A stretch of 64,000 nt of DNA. Origin: the human T2T-CHM13v2.0 reference genome, Homo sapiens. Position numbers and translations under genes: made by a program. Shown here piece after piece: positions 24,554 to 38,561 of the stretch; within the stretch, counting starts at the first letter, position 1, and the number at the start of each line of letters is the position of its first letter. The stretch lies in NCBI RefSeq assembly GCF_009914755.1, contig NC_060947.1; one strand, given 5' to 3'. A model generated the notes under the pieces. It saw nothing but the letters and a program-made list of their open reading frames with translations, ran no database searches and had not been told where the DNA came from.

Positions 24554-25290
24554 CTAGTATTTCTTTTAGCCTGGATCTGCTAGTGACAAATTCCCTCGGG
24601 TTTTGTTTGTTTGGAGAAGTCTTTATTTTACCTTCCTTTTTAAAGAGTATTTGACTATATATATTATAGAATTCAAGGTTGGCAGTTATTTTTCAGTACT
24701 AAAGGTAGCACTTTGTCTTCTGGCTTCCATTATTTCTTTTGAGAAGTCAGCCAATATCTTATTATTGCTCCTTTGAATGTAATGTGTCTTTTTTCCTCTA
24801 GATGCTTTAAAATTTTTTTTTAGTTTTCAGAAATTTGAATATGATGTACCTAGGTTTGATCCAGATTCTCACCCTTTTGCTGTACAGCAAGAGTTAGCAA
24901 ATGCCTTAAGAGTTAAAGCAGTGGGTCAGGTTTCTGTGGTCGCCTTTTCTCTAACTTCTTGGATTCTCAAAACCTGACTATTTTGACAGCTTTTGATGCC
25001 TCCAAATAGATTGCTTTTCTAGTAGTTCCAGTTGACTCACTCATTTAAATCAGACGTGCTGGATCTGAACACATCTGTGCCCACTACCTCAATGACGCCC
25101 GCTGTCACTTTCAAGAACTTCAGGCTGAATCACCTTCTGCCAGATATGGAAGACTCTATACTCACCGCAATGTTCAATCTTGTCTGCTCCTCTAAGGGAC
25201 TGTCGGCTCACACGATAACCAAAACATAATAGTTATTGGAGACTCACTCTATGGCTCATCTTGGCACAAACCTTCCACCATTCCACCACA

Positions 25291-25410
25291 CCAGTGGTTC
25301 TCAACCCTGGCTGTACATTAGAATCATCTGGAAAGCTGTTTAAACATATCAATGGTGGACTCCTTTCAAAGACTCTGAATTAATTGGTCTAGGCTGAATA
25401 TCCTCACCTG
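25291..25410. mobile_element. MER5 hAT fragment
   Basis: cagtggttctcaaccctggctgtacattagaatcatctgg. Confidence 0.8.
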
Positions 25411-25499
25411 TGGTCCCACTGGCCTCAGGGAGAAAGACCGCAGTTGTGGGGAAGAAGTTGGACTGCACCTGAGGAATTGTACCCATTATTTCTTTTTTC

Positions 25500-25582
25500 A
25501 TTTTTCTTCTTTTTTTGAGACAAGGTCTTACTCTGTTGTTGAGGCTGGAGTGCAGTGGCATGATCATGGGTCACTGTGGCCT
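25500..25582 (-). mobile_element. Alu right-arm fragment
   Basis: ttgagacaaggtcttactctgtt...ggagtgcagtggcatgatc. Confidence 0.8.
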
Positions 25583-26639
25583 GTATAAAATAATAAAACA
25601 AATGTCTCATTTTGGTTTTATAAAAAGAAGCAAATTGCAAATCAGGAGACTGTGATCAATTAAAGTGTTCTAAGGTCTTTCTGTTGATTGGGATGGGGTG
25701 AAAATATTACCTAATTTTAGCCTTTTTTGAGGTAAATATGCCTGGTAAAATTTTGGAACTAACCACTAAAAGAACAGAAATTGAATATAAATTCCAAACC
25801 AATAGAGGAAAAAATAATTTTAAATGAACAATAATAGCAATAAAATCAATCCCTCTGAACAAGGTGAGAGGAGAAAAGGAAGGATGAACATAAAAAATTA
25901 CAGCTCAAATACTTGGATAACCACAATAAATACAAATGGACTTAATTCACTAGGTAAAAGAGATTGTCAAACTGAATTTAATTTTTTAAATGCAGTTATG
26001 TGCTATTTGCAAAAGACCCATCTGAACTAAAATAACACGGAAAAGTTGAAGATTAAACAGCTAGGAAAATATATACCAAACAAATACTAACAAAAAGAAA
26101 ACTGGAATTGCTATGTTAATATTCAAAAAACTAGACACTAGGACAAGAAGCAGTATTAGGGATACAGGGGACCACTACATAATTATAAAAGATTAAATTC
26201 ACTAGGAAGATACAGCAATCCGAAACCTATTCATATATCAAATTAAGTAGTTTTGAAATATATGAAACAAAATTGATAAAATTACAGGAAGAAATGGACA
26301 AATCCACCATCAAAGTGGAAAATTTCGTGCTACCTCTCTCAATTATTAATTCAAAAAGACAAAGAATCAGTAAAGATATAAGATTTGAAGAACACAATTA
26401 ACAAGGTTAATATCATAAACATATATTAAACACATGAATTTTTTAAAAATTATGTACAAGACATTTTCAACAACCCCCAAAATAAGTATCACACAGATCA
26501 CATTCTTTGACCATCAAACTATTCATTTAGAAATCAATAACAATAGAAAAACATCTCCCATTAATTTGGAAAATGTTTTTATTCTAGATAATTCATAGAT
26601 CAAAGAACAAACGTCTTTAGATTTTAGAGAAATATACAT

Positions 26640-27025
26640 CAAAGCCACAATGAGATGCCACTTCATACCCATTAGTATGACTATAATAAAGAAAAGACAC
26701 AATAACAAGTGATAGTGAAAATGTGGAGAAATTAGAAGCCTCATACATTGCTATTTCTGCAGGAAGTTTGGAAAAGGGTTTGGCAATTTCTCCAAGTGTC
26801 ATGATAGAGTTACCATATGACTCAGTAATACCAATCTTAGGTGTATGCGTAGGAGAATTGAAAACATGTCCACAAAAATACTTACACACAAATGTTCATA
26901 GCAGCATTATTCATTTAACAGCATAAGGTTCAAAATAACCCAAATGTCTATCAACTAATGAATAAATAAATTAAATATTGTATATCCATATATTGGGATA
27001 TTATTTAGCCATAAAAAGAAATTAA
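26640..27025 (+). mobile_element. Nested L1MB-like fragment
   Basis: aaagccacaatgagatgccacttcatacccattag...gccataaaaagaaa. Confidence 0.75.
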
Positions 27026-27842
27026 ATCATGGCTCTAAGTCTTATTTTGGACCACAGCATCTTATCGGTACCAATATGTAAGTGCTGCCTATAACCAGTG
27101 AAGGACCCTTGATATATCTTATCAAGCTCAGCCCGTGTGTGTGTGCGTGTATGTGTGTGTGTTTATGTATAAACACACACACATGTATCTCACAGCTAAT
27201 TGGAGGAGAGAGGGGTAGAGCCAGTATGCTTACTAAATCATATTAATATTTAGGATCAACACATTCAGATTCAGTAACTATTCAAACCCTGAGCTTTCAC
27301 AGATCAATGATGCTTGCTCCCGCAGCAGGGATATTTGAGTCCTTCCACTTTCCTTAACACTGCAAGATTGATGATCTGGACAGAAACTCTTGACTTCATT
27401 ATAAAGATAGCCCTCATAGCAGATCCAATCCATAGTGAAGGGCTATGACATCACTGAGGAAAGAGAGAGAGCACATTACGCCCACAAACGGACTGAGGTA
27501 ATGTGACTTTCTACTCTTATCCTAAAGAATGTGTTTGTGTGGTATGTGAATTCATATAAAGTTTTACTTTAGGTAGACTAGGTAATTTTATATTGGACAA
27601 CATTTTGTTACATTGAATAATAGTATAATAATTATAATTTGAAAGACTATCTCTAATTGGTTTAACTTAACTACATCAAAATGTTGAGTGAATGTAGTAG
27701 GTAATAGACCTACCTACTTAAGGTATTAGACCACATAACTTTGAATGCTGAGTATACAGGTGTCTTCAGTTTGTAAAAATTCATGGCGCCATATCCTTAT
27801 GGTTTGTGTACTTTTGTATCTATGTTCTACTTTAACAAAAAT

Positions 27843-27988
27843 TGTATGTGTGTGTATATATATACATATACACACACATATATATACACACACATATACA
27901 TATATATGTATATATACACATGTATATATATACCAACGCACATAGATTTGGAAATATATATAGGTATATGTATTTATGTGTGCGCATA
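27843..27988. repeat. (TA/CA/TG)n compound microsatellite
   Basis: Directly visible. Confidence 0.9.
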
Positions 27989-28671
27989 TTATATCCTTTT
28001 CCCAAACTAAGCAAAAAGCCTAGATGATTTTAAACGTTTGTTCTATCAAACTTTGAAGAAACAGGCTATCTAACTTTATACAAAGTCTTCCAGAGAATAG
28101 AAAAAGGGGAGAATCTACTCCAACTCATTCTATGAGGTAGGTATAACTTTGATGTCAAAACCAAATTAAGGCTGAATGAGAAGGACAATTATAAGTCATT
28201 CTTCCTCATGAGTATAAAGGCAAACATTGTAAACATAGATATTAGCAAACTGAGTGTAGCAGTTGATAAAAAAGATAATATACCATAAGCAAATTGAGTT
28301 ATCCCAGCAATTCAAGGGTAGTTTAATGATAGGAAATCTATAAAATGTTATTCATGCTAAAAACTGACTGAAAGAAAAATAAATCATGATGAATTCAATA
28401 AGAGCAGGAAGAAATGTTTCATAAAGTTCAGTACATACTCATGATAAAAAGTCTTAGCAAACTGGAAAAAATAACTTTCTTAATGTGGTAAAGATTATCT
28501 ACTAAAGACAAAAACAAAACAAGACCAACAGCAAAGTTTATTCTTCATAGGGAAATGGTGGAAGCATTTTGTTCAAATCGGAAACATGACATGGATGCCT
28601 TCAGTCACTGTTTCTATTCAACATTATACTGGAGGATCAAGTCAGTAAAGTAAAATAAGAAAAAGAAATTA

Positions 28672-29012
<341 letters not shown>

Positions 29013-29258
29013 TTAACTGTATGCATTAGATAGGAATAAACTAAGACATAATTATTTGTGGATAGCACAACCATCTTCATTAAAGCAACCCTAAACAAGT
29101 TGCAAGTGAGTATAAATTATAAGAGATTGAGCAAGATGACCTGCTATAAAAGCAATATTCAAAAATCATTTGCATCTCTATGTCAGCACCAAAGAATTAG
29201 AAAATTAGTATTTTAAAAAACACCATTTGCAATAGCAATGAAAACTACAAGGTACCTA

Positions 29259-30763
29259 TGTCACAGGATCCTTGGGGTGTCACTTTGCCAGCTGGAAACC
29301 TCTGTGGCCAGTGGCACCTTCTGCCTGAGTATTATTCATGCCCACTGGGCTTGTTCCCCCCACTTTGCCCAGCAGACTGGACTGGACTTGTGCTACCGGC
29401 CTGGATCCCACACCTGTCAAGGGCAAGCCAGGCACGGAGCAGTGAGGGGTGTGTGGGCCAGCAAGCGCTGGGTCTGGCCACTGTACACAGCCAGGCATTC
29501 TGGCTGCTACAGCGCGATGGGTAGCTCCAGGTGCCTGCACAGGTGCTGGCTCCACATGAGGCTGCAGATGGACCAGATGTACTGCATGCGGCTTCCGCTG
29601 TGACCATCTGCATCTAGATGAGGGGAATGCAGTGACACTATGAAGCTTGGAGATGCCAGGAACTGCACAGCCCCAACAGAGGTGTCACAGCACTGGTTTG
29701 GGGAGTCCCTAGGTCTAGGCTCCTCAAAGATGCTGCAGCTCTTCTCTCCCTCTCATTGCCTGCAACATGGTAAGTGGGGGGGGGTGCAGTGTTTCAGCCC
29801 TGTCGGTGTTACAGCTCTTTCAGTCCTGCCATTAGGTGGGTCCCAAGTTCTTGTTCCACATCCAGGAAGAATTGAGGTACATGGAAAACTGGAGGGTGAG
29901 CAAGGCAGAGAGGCGTTTCATTGAGCAACAGAACAGCTCTCAGGAAACTCACAGTGGGTAGCTCCTTTATGAAAGCAAGTCATCCTGATGTCTGTTCAAG
30001 TCTGGCTGAGTCTGGGGGTTTGTATGGGCTTGGAAGGGAGGAAGTGCAGGCTGATTGGTCCATGGGCAGCCATGGGTGGCCAGGAAAAAGTACCATAAGT
30101 TCTCACTGTGTTCTGCAGACTCCACCAGGAACTGACAGCCCAGCCCCCATGCTTCATGCCCTCCCTGGCTTGAAGGTGGGGCTTCACTGAGGACCCACAC
30201 TGTTCCGCCCAGGACACTGTCTGCCTCCTGACACCATCCACATGCCATCCACAGTGCCCAGGCTGTTCATGGCAAGGGGCACTTGCAGGCCTGTGCTAAG
30301 CTGCCCTCAACAGCGCCCCACCCACCTCCCTCCTGTTCTCATTGGCACCCAAAGTCCAAAGGGGGCTGAGGTGGCAGGGGGCTGGCATGTCAGCACTGCC
30401 CCAAGTGCACACACACCCAGCCAGGTCGCAATAGTGCTGGGGCTTGGCCACAACTTTGCCCAGAGCAGGCACTGGGAGTGGGCAGAGGCCAGACAGCAGG
30501 AGCAGGCACTTCCGAGCCTGCAGGGGCAGGGGCTTCCTGGACCCTAGAGAGTACAGGGATGCCTGGGTCCAAAGCCACGGCTGGGAGGCTGCAGATGTGC
30601 CTGGGAATGCGGGGCTCCCACTCAGACAACTTGGTAGGGAGCAGTACTCCTGCCTGTTCCTGGATCTCACCAGCCCCACAGAACAGGTAACCCCACCCGT
30701 GCCTCCCCTGCTGCAGCCAGCATCTTCGCAGCAGCCACTGCACATGGGCTGCTGCTGCCATCA
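29259..30763 (-). mobile_element. MER52-family solo LTR (ERV1), GC-rich, 1.5 kb
   Basis: Minus strand starts TGATGGCAGCAGCAGCCC; TG/CA ends; perfect TSD CCTA. Confidence 0.88.
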
Positions 30764-31094
30764 CCTAGGACTAAATTTAACAAAAGAGTGTAAGATTCAA
30801 TCAAGAAGAGTAAATAACTTTATAAAAAGACATTAATAAGCTCTAAATAAATGTGACAATGTATCATGTTCATAATTAGGCACACTCAATACCAATTCTT
30901 CTCAAATTAATCTCTAGAGTCAATGAAATTTCAATTCAAATTTCAACAGGGCTTTTCATTGAATTTGGCAACAAATTTTAAAATTTATATAGGAGAACAG
31001 AGTGCCAAGAATAGTGAAGACTATTCCTGAAAGAAAAAGAATCAAGTAGGGAGATTTGCCTGAACAAATATTGAGACTTAATATAAAGCCATAG

Positions 31095-31133
31095 GGGCAT
31101 ATGTTCTCAGGACCTCCGTCATGGAAAAAAAAA
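31095..31133 (+). other. Micro-retroinsertion: about 30 nt of LTR-like sequence plus poly(A)
   Basis: gggcatatgttctcaggacctccgtcatgg + A-run between aaagccatag and aaagctacag. Confidence 0.7.
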
Positions 31134-32388
31134 AAAGCTACAGTAAATAAGACAATATGCTATTGAGGCAGGGGTTTACCAATGGACTAATGGAACAAAA
31201 TGGGGGCTCAGAAATAGATCCATAAATATATGGAACTGTGACATATCAGAGATCACTGCAGATCATTGAGGAAGGAGTGACTATTCAATAACTGGTTCTG
31301 GGACAGGTGATTATCCATATGCCAAAAACAATTAGATCCCTATTATACACCATACATAAAATAAAGTCCAGATGGACTGAAGACTTAAATGTGAAAAGCA
31401 AAATTTTTAAACTTTTAGAAGAAAACATAAGAGAATATCTTGTTGACTTTAATGTAGTAAAGGATTTTTTGAACAAGGCTGAAAAAGCACTAACCATAAA
31501 AATAAAGACTGACTAATTAGACTACATTAACATTTTGAATTTCTGTTTGACAAAAGGCATCATAAAGAAAATGGAGAGACAAGCTACAAACGTGGAGGAG
31601 GTATTTACAACATAACCAAAAAAAGATTCCTATCCAAAAATATAAATATAAATAATTCCTACAGATTTTTTTAAATGTAAAAATGGGCATAGGCCATGAA
31701 CATTCATTTTACAGAAGAAACACAAATGGTCAATAAGCATATGAAAAGATGCCAAACTCCATGAATAATCAGGAAAATGCAAATTAAGACCACAAGGAGA
31801 CAATACTTTATGCCCATGGAAAAAATGAACATGTCTGATAATACCAAATGTTGATGAGGATGTGGATCAATAGGAACTCATACATTGCAGGTGTGATTGT
31901 CAATGGGTACAACCACTTTGGGAAACAATTTGCCTTTATATTTGCATACCCTACAATCCAGTAATTTTACTCCTTGGACTGTTCTCTTGCACATGTGCAC
32001 CAGGAGTCAAAAACAAGAATATTCATAGAAGTACTGTTCATAATAGCAAATATTTGGTGGCAAACAAATGCTCATAAACAAGAAAATGGATTAATATATT
32101 ATGAAATATCATATGGTAGTAAAAATATAATACAGTTACATTAAGCAACATGGATGGTGTGGATAAATCCTAGAAACATTATGTTCCGGACAAAAGAAAT
32201 CCAAGAAGACCATATGCAGTAGAATATCATTTTTATAAACCTCTTAAATATTATGTAGACATTCACATTTATGTAATAAAGCTATTCCTTAAGGCAAGGG
32301 TACAATAAACGCAAAATTCAGGATACTAGTTACCTCTGGGTTTAGGGAAAGAGTAGGATGGGATAGGCATCGAATTATTAATAGTGTT

Positions 32389-32741
32389 TGAAATGGTTTG
32401 GCTGTGTTCCCACCCAAATCTCATCTTGAATTGTACTCCTGTACTTCCCACATGTTGTGGAAGGGACCCAGTGGGAGATAATTTAGACCATGGGGGCAGT
32501 TTCTCCCATACTGTTCTCATAGTAGTGAATAAGTCTTATGAGATTTGATGGTTTTATCAGGGGGTTCTGCTTTTGCATCTTCCTCAATTTACCTTGCCAC
32601 AGCCATTGAAGAAGTGCCTTTTGCCTCCCGCCATGATTCTGAGGCCTCCCCAGACATGTGGAACTGTAAGTCCAATTATACCTCTTTCTATTCCCAGTCT
32701 CAGGTATGTCCTTATCAACAGCGTGAAAACGGACTAATACA
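32389..32741 (+). mobile_element. THE1 (THE1A-like) solo LTR
   Basis: tggtttggctgtgttcccacccaaatctc...ggactaataca; perfect TSD GTGTT. Confidence 0.95.
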
Positions 32742-32869
32742 GTGTTCTATTTCATGAATGGCATTGTGAATTCATTGATACTCATTATATTATTACACAT
32801 TTTAATACATATATGTGTTACACAGTTTTACATATCAAGTAATATATTTAAAGAGATAAAAATTAAAAG

Positions 32870-33245
32870 TGTGACGAATAAAGTAATTCATATTTCAATA
32901 TGTATATAGGTGGTTATGATTACACTAAAGAAATATTGAAGTATTGAGTTATTTATGCCCTTATGTCAAAGAAAACATGAATGTAGCAGCCACAGATGCA
33001 GACTGATAAAGATTTGTGGTATTGTCAACTCAAATAAGATGACTAATCAGTGTTGTGTTTTTCCAAAATGGTAAATAATTCTTGGCAAAATTGCAAACAA
33101 AACACAACACGATTTTCTCTCATTTTACATGGTAGTTATATTATTGGAAAATTCAGTATATATTGAAACCTCTTAAAAGCTACTTCGTGTTTGTGTTTAA
33201 CACAGAGTTAGGTTCTGGACTCAGATAATTATAATCAGGTTTCAC
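32870..33245. mobile_element. Probable DNA transposon fragment (MER97-like hAT)
   Basis: ggaaaattcagtatatatt...gagttaggttctggactcagataattataa recalled from hAT-Tip100 fossils; family uncertain. Confidence 0.45.
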
Positions 33246-33691
33246 ACCCTGCAAGGTGCAGGTGGAAAACTCCCAGCTTTTCTGTGACTTGGGCTCTTAT
33301 TTGAATGAGCTCATAAGAGAAGCTTCCAGATCTGACCACTGAAGATTATGTGAAAAGAGAGGGGGAGAAAGAAAGAGTTTTGGTTTGGGAAGACAAAGTG
33401 GGCAGGGGCCAGAGGCAGAAGAATGTAGAAAGAAGAAAGAAGTCTAAATGCCAGGCCCCCTAAACTGGGAAAATTAGTCAAGAAAACGTCCTGTGAATCT
33501 CAGTTCAATGTTGTTCAACTACTCCATGAGAGGCCTACTTATCAGGACCACTGTAAGATCCAAGGGGACCTTGGGACACCTAATGGGGTGGAGGGGAAGA
33601 ATCTGTACCTGTGCTTGTAGTGGTGGAGAATTGGACCCCGAATATAACAGTACTCCAATCTGGGTCAGTGGGAAATTGACCTCACAGTCAC

Positions 33692-34200
33692 ATAACTTTA
33701 TTAAACATGTGGGAATGTTGCACCCTGAGCAAAAGGGGCAGTGAAGTTAGCATGTGCCTTTTCTGGCAATGCCCACAAATGTCACCAGGAAGGACTCCAC
33801 AAGCTTGATTCCCCCTTTATAGATATTTGCACAGGATCGGCAGCTGTCCACTGACCTCGGCTTAGGAGTTGGGAGCAGGGCAAAGAAGGAAACAGGCTTA
33901 ACAGATATGCAACTGAGCCAAAGGAAAAAGTAGCCCAGAATAACCTAGGAAGACAAAAAAAGCACTTGATACACAGGTACGGTGCCAGGAGTCAAGGACC
34001 GGAGATTGGGTCCAATTGCGGAAACTGGGCATCCTACATCTGCCTAAGATAGCTGAGCCTTGGAAGGGCATGCTGTATGTAGTAGAAAACAACAAGGATC
34101 ACTATCAACATATAAAGTCCAGCCTCAGGGCAGCCAGGAATAGGGTGGAAGCAGCTGTCAAGGTGATATATTGTAGCAATCATCTGCCCATCAGGCAGCT
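33692..34200 (+). pseudogene. Gypsy (Metaviridae) integrase fossil, MamGyp-int-like
   Basis: Translation TLLNM/GMLHPEQKGQ*S*HVPFL...TRKDST...QLSTDLGLG and TGDWVQLRKLG...PKIAEPWKGMLYVV...KVIYCSNHLP follows the Gypsy integrase core end and GPY/F module. Confidence 0.8.
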
Positions 34201-35822
34201 GGAGGAGAGAGGTCAGGTGAGTGCTGCTTAGAACAAGAAACAAGTTCTAAGCTATGTAAAAAAGGAGAAATACGAATGTCTCTTGCAAACCAGACTGGAG
34301 GGTGTCCAGAAGGAAATTAATCCTGTAGAATTCACAGTCTAGAGTGGAAGGCTTCTTCCTCACCCACTGTAGTTAATTCAATCTCACCACTCAAAAGAAT
34401 CAAAAGACAATGGGTTTATATGTTGTTTGGAGGGGCAAGTTGCTGAGTAATGCATAGGATATAATCTAATTTAAGTATTTTATCTACCGTAAGGGAAACA
34501 AGCACAATCACACATACACATTGGTAAGGGTATAGAGAAAGGTGTGAAAGGATACACACTAAACTGTTAACATTGGTTACTTAGGAGGTGGAATTAGATA
34601 TGAGGGTAAAGAAGTCTATAGTTTTCTTTAGACCTCTATATCACTTGAGTTGTTCAACTACCATGTGAACATTCCTAAAAAGTTAAATCTGATAGAAAGA
34701 TTGAGCTCACCCCTCCCCTCTGCATATTCAGCAGAAATTGGGCAGGAGAGGGAAATCTTTGACATTCAGCAGACACCGGAAGCAGCAGAGACATGGCAGA
34801 GACATGGGGCATGATCACCTCTTTTTTTTTCCTGTTTTTTTTTTTTTGGAGTTCAGCAGACTTCAGAAGGCTTTATTTCTGTTGGGAGGGGTAAGGCACA
34901 CATTCCCAGAAAAGAGGAGGCAGGGACATGGGAGAAGGAAAGGGTAAAAAGGAAAGGACTTAAGGAAGATAAAGGACCAAATCAGGGAAGGATGGCCAAC
35001 CTCTGGAGGCTTGGGGAGCTTTTATATGTGATGCCCCCAAGAACCAAGGCACTGAGACCTCGTGCCTTTGTAAGGGAATGAGGTAGCTCAGCTAAGGCTA
35101 CAATGCCTGCCCTCATTCTCAACTTGGTGTGGCTTTGGACCAATCACCTGATCTCTGAAAAATGCTTAAGGGTTTGTTAGGGTCCAAGGTATATGGTATA
35201 CTTTAGAGAAGGCAAATGTGGCAGCAGAACAGGGAGCAAGAGAAGGAAATAGCTGCCTTGCTCTCTCCATGGACATTGACAGCACCCTCATTATAGACTA
35301 TGGGGTAGCAAGAATTGCCTACCTGCAAACAACTGTGGGCGTCAGGGTTACAACGATTATCTACTCATGGATGGCAATCCAGCTGGAGAGACAGTAAGGT
35401 CCATTTCCCCTGCTCCCCCCATCAGTGGTAGCTAGAGATTCACCTCGAGTCAAAAATAGAAGGCACAACATCTACATGTAGCTGTATATGTAGGATCTGA
35501 AACAGGCCAGATCCCTAAGTGCCTTCTGCATCACCAAGGACAGAATTATCTGTTTTGCTAGGGTTCCATTGTTGTTTTAACTTAGTTTTTAAAAATTATT
35601 AATGTCATGTATCAGCTCAGTAATTATCCCCAAGTGAAGGGTATTTGAAATCATCTGAAGGTGGGGGAAGTACTTTGGAAAACCAGATATACTGGTCCCT
35701 AGCCCTAGGTGAGTATCCCTGTTTTGGTGAACAATTGCTATGAATAGAAGTGTATCATAGCACTCAGATATGTTGGGATAGAAATGAACAACAACAAAAA
35801 AGTGAGAACAACTCTTTTAGGC

Positions 35823-36010
35823 CAGTAGTTCTCAAGAGAGTGATTCCTAGAGAAGCAGCTTTGGCATCATCTGGAAATTTGGTAGAAATGCAAATTATTG
35901 GGTACCACCCCAGATCTTATTGAATTCTAAACTCTGAGGGTGGAGCCTGACAATCTGTTTTAACAAATTATCCAGAGGATTCTGACACACACTCAAGTTT
36001 GAAAATCACT
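35823..36010. mobile_element. MER5A
   Basis: cagtagttctcaa...tttgaaaatcact inverted termini; agaaatgcaaattatt core. Confidence 0.88.
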
Positions 36011-36099
36011 CGTCTAGCCAAATCCAAAGCCTTTAAAATTATCACCCTCCTTGGCAGACCACCAACCCCACCCCATTATAGTTGAACTCTTTAACCACC

Positions 36100-36830
36100 T
36101 CCTTTTTTTGATTAAATGTCTCATCCCTGAATTTCTCTAATTTCTCTTGTCTTTTATTTCTCTTTCAGTGTCACCTTTGCCTCTTCCTTTTTGCAAAATA
36201 TGAATGCTTGCCCAGTGCTCAATAAGCTGCTCCTGCAACCCTCCTTCTCCATTCTTCTCCTTTCATCTACTCTCATGGTTTAAATGGCCATTTGTATGTT
36301 GATGCAGCTTGACATCTAAAGCCAAAACAGCAGCCTTCTATGACCATATACCCGTAGGCTAAAATCAAATAGTGTTTTCCACCAAGTGAATGTCTAGTCA
36401 TTGCTTCAAATTCAACTTACCTAACCTTCCCAACTCTGCATTGTAGACTCTCCAAACTAAGAAAACAAAAAAACTCATGTTTAACTTTGATGATTCCTTC
36501 TCTCTTTTCACCTAGCCCACCCAAACATCCTATTGAATGTTCCTTCACAATGTCTCCTGGATGTGTCACTTTCTGTTCCTTTCCAATAACCAAGTCTAAA
36601 TTCTCCACATCTCACACCCGAACCTCCTAAATGATCTTCAAGGTCATTTCCAGTCTCCCTTCCTTTGATGCCTTCCAAACTGCTAAATATCTGTTCACAA
36701 AAACATTGTATGCATCATATCACCTTTCTGCTCAAAAATCCATTGATAACTTCCTATCATTCACTCTTTCAAATCTAAATTACTCAGCCTGACATTCAAA
36801 ACCCAGAAAAATCTGGCCTTTTTCTTCCCA
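36100..36830 (+). mobile_element. Old L2 (L2c/d) fragment
   Basis: Pyrimidine-rich L2 motifs (atcaccttTctgctcaaaaatcc, actcagcctgacattcaa). Confidence 0.6.
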
Positions 36831-38246
36831 TCCCCCATTCCTCACTTAGTGAGCATGTCCACATACCACATTATAGCAGGTACCTAAAAGTTAGCAATGA
36901 CTGTGGCAAGCAATCTCCCTGGCCTATTCCTGGATTCTCTTAATCTGCTGCTGCTCGCTCATCCTCCTGGACCTCCAATCCCTGATTCTTGCTCTTGATA
37001 TCTTCTTTTAACCTCTTAGTTTTGATGAATTGGTCCAAATCTCCTTTCTGATTGATTGGACTCAACTCTTTACTTAACCCTTGATTCTGAATACCGCTCT
37101 GACTTCAACATTGCCCTACGGTTTAGGGAAAAACATTTGTTCCACCAGCATTAATCCTGAAGAACCTTTCCAGCCATACATCTCATCCTCTATCTCCCAC
37201 TCTTTCCCCATTAGAGGAGCTTCTTGGACATTGCCTCTATATTAAACCTTCCATTCCAATAAAGCTAACTCCTTACTGAGAGCATTCCCCCACACATACA
37301 CACATCACTCTTATCCCCATGGTGAGCTCTTTGCTCTTTCTGTTCCTCTCATATCCTGTCCATTGTTAAAGACCCATCACATTAAACCTGTTGGAATTTT
37401 CCCACACTCATGGAGTAGACTGGCTTGTGTACTAGCTGGCAGACCAAAGTCTGAGGCTGGGTTACAAGGAGGCCCAAATGCAAGTATTATTCTCCAGGTT
37501 TCCCATATCAGGAAGAGAAACAGAAAGGGTGGGACAAAAAGAGAGAGGAAGGAGAAGGAGGAGAAGAAGGAGGAGCAGGAAACGGAAGAGGAAGTAGTCC
37601 AGTTCAAGTCCAGGTCTTTGAGAGAAAGAACAGAGTCAAGAACTAGTGAGACAAGGTACAAACATCCAGTTCCAAGGACTAGAGCGGGGTCACAAACAAG
37701 ATGTTGATTTTTAAATTGGATTGTTATATATTGGAAGTAATAGCATGTCAGAAAACATGAAGGAATATCTTGGAGCCAGGGGAGTGGTGGAATATTTGCC
37801 AGAAACAATGTTGGATATTCATGGCTCATTTTATAGGATGGTAGGAGAATGAGTGTGACATGATGGCTTAAAGTTTCAATGTTGATACAGATACCAATTC
37901 CTCCTCCTTCCTGCCTTTCAGGGTATGGCATAGAACTTCTTTTTTTTTCTGCCTACATTTTCTCCCTCTGTAAGCTCTTTTGTACCTTTAGTCTGCATTA
38001 AATAATCAAAATCCTTTTTTATTATGTCCCTTCCTCTAAATATCACTCCAATTTTGTCTTCAGATTTTTAATAACCCAGTTGGATTTTATTAAAAATTTA
38101 GTGACAAACATAGTGATATATGGTAGATTTCATTAGAAGACATTAAAAAGAGTTTCTGGAAATTAAAATAAAATATGATTGCCAATTTAAAACTTCAGTA
38201 GAGACATAGTCACATAGTCACTGCTGAAAACAAAATTAGTTTTTCT

Positions 38247-38561
<315 letters not shown>

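Noticed and set aside
29238-30836. Dense cluster of 70-150 aa ORFs on both strands
   Set aside because: All lie within or overlap the GC-rich MER52 LTR, where stop codons are scarce.
34016-34231. Possible host exon ending at CAG|GTGAGT (about 34216)
   Set aside because: The peptide is better explained as a decayed Gypsy integrase, and no partner exons are seen.
37363-37931. 184-aa and 114-aa antiparallel ORFs
   Set aside because: Driven by a GA-rich low-complexity tract; no recognisable domain.
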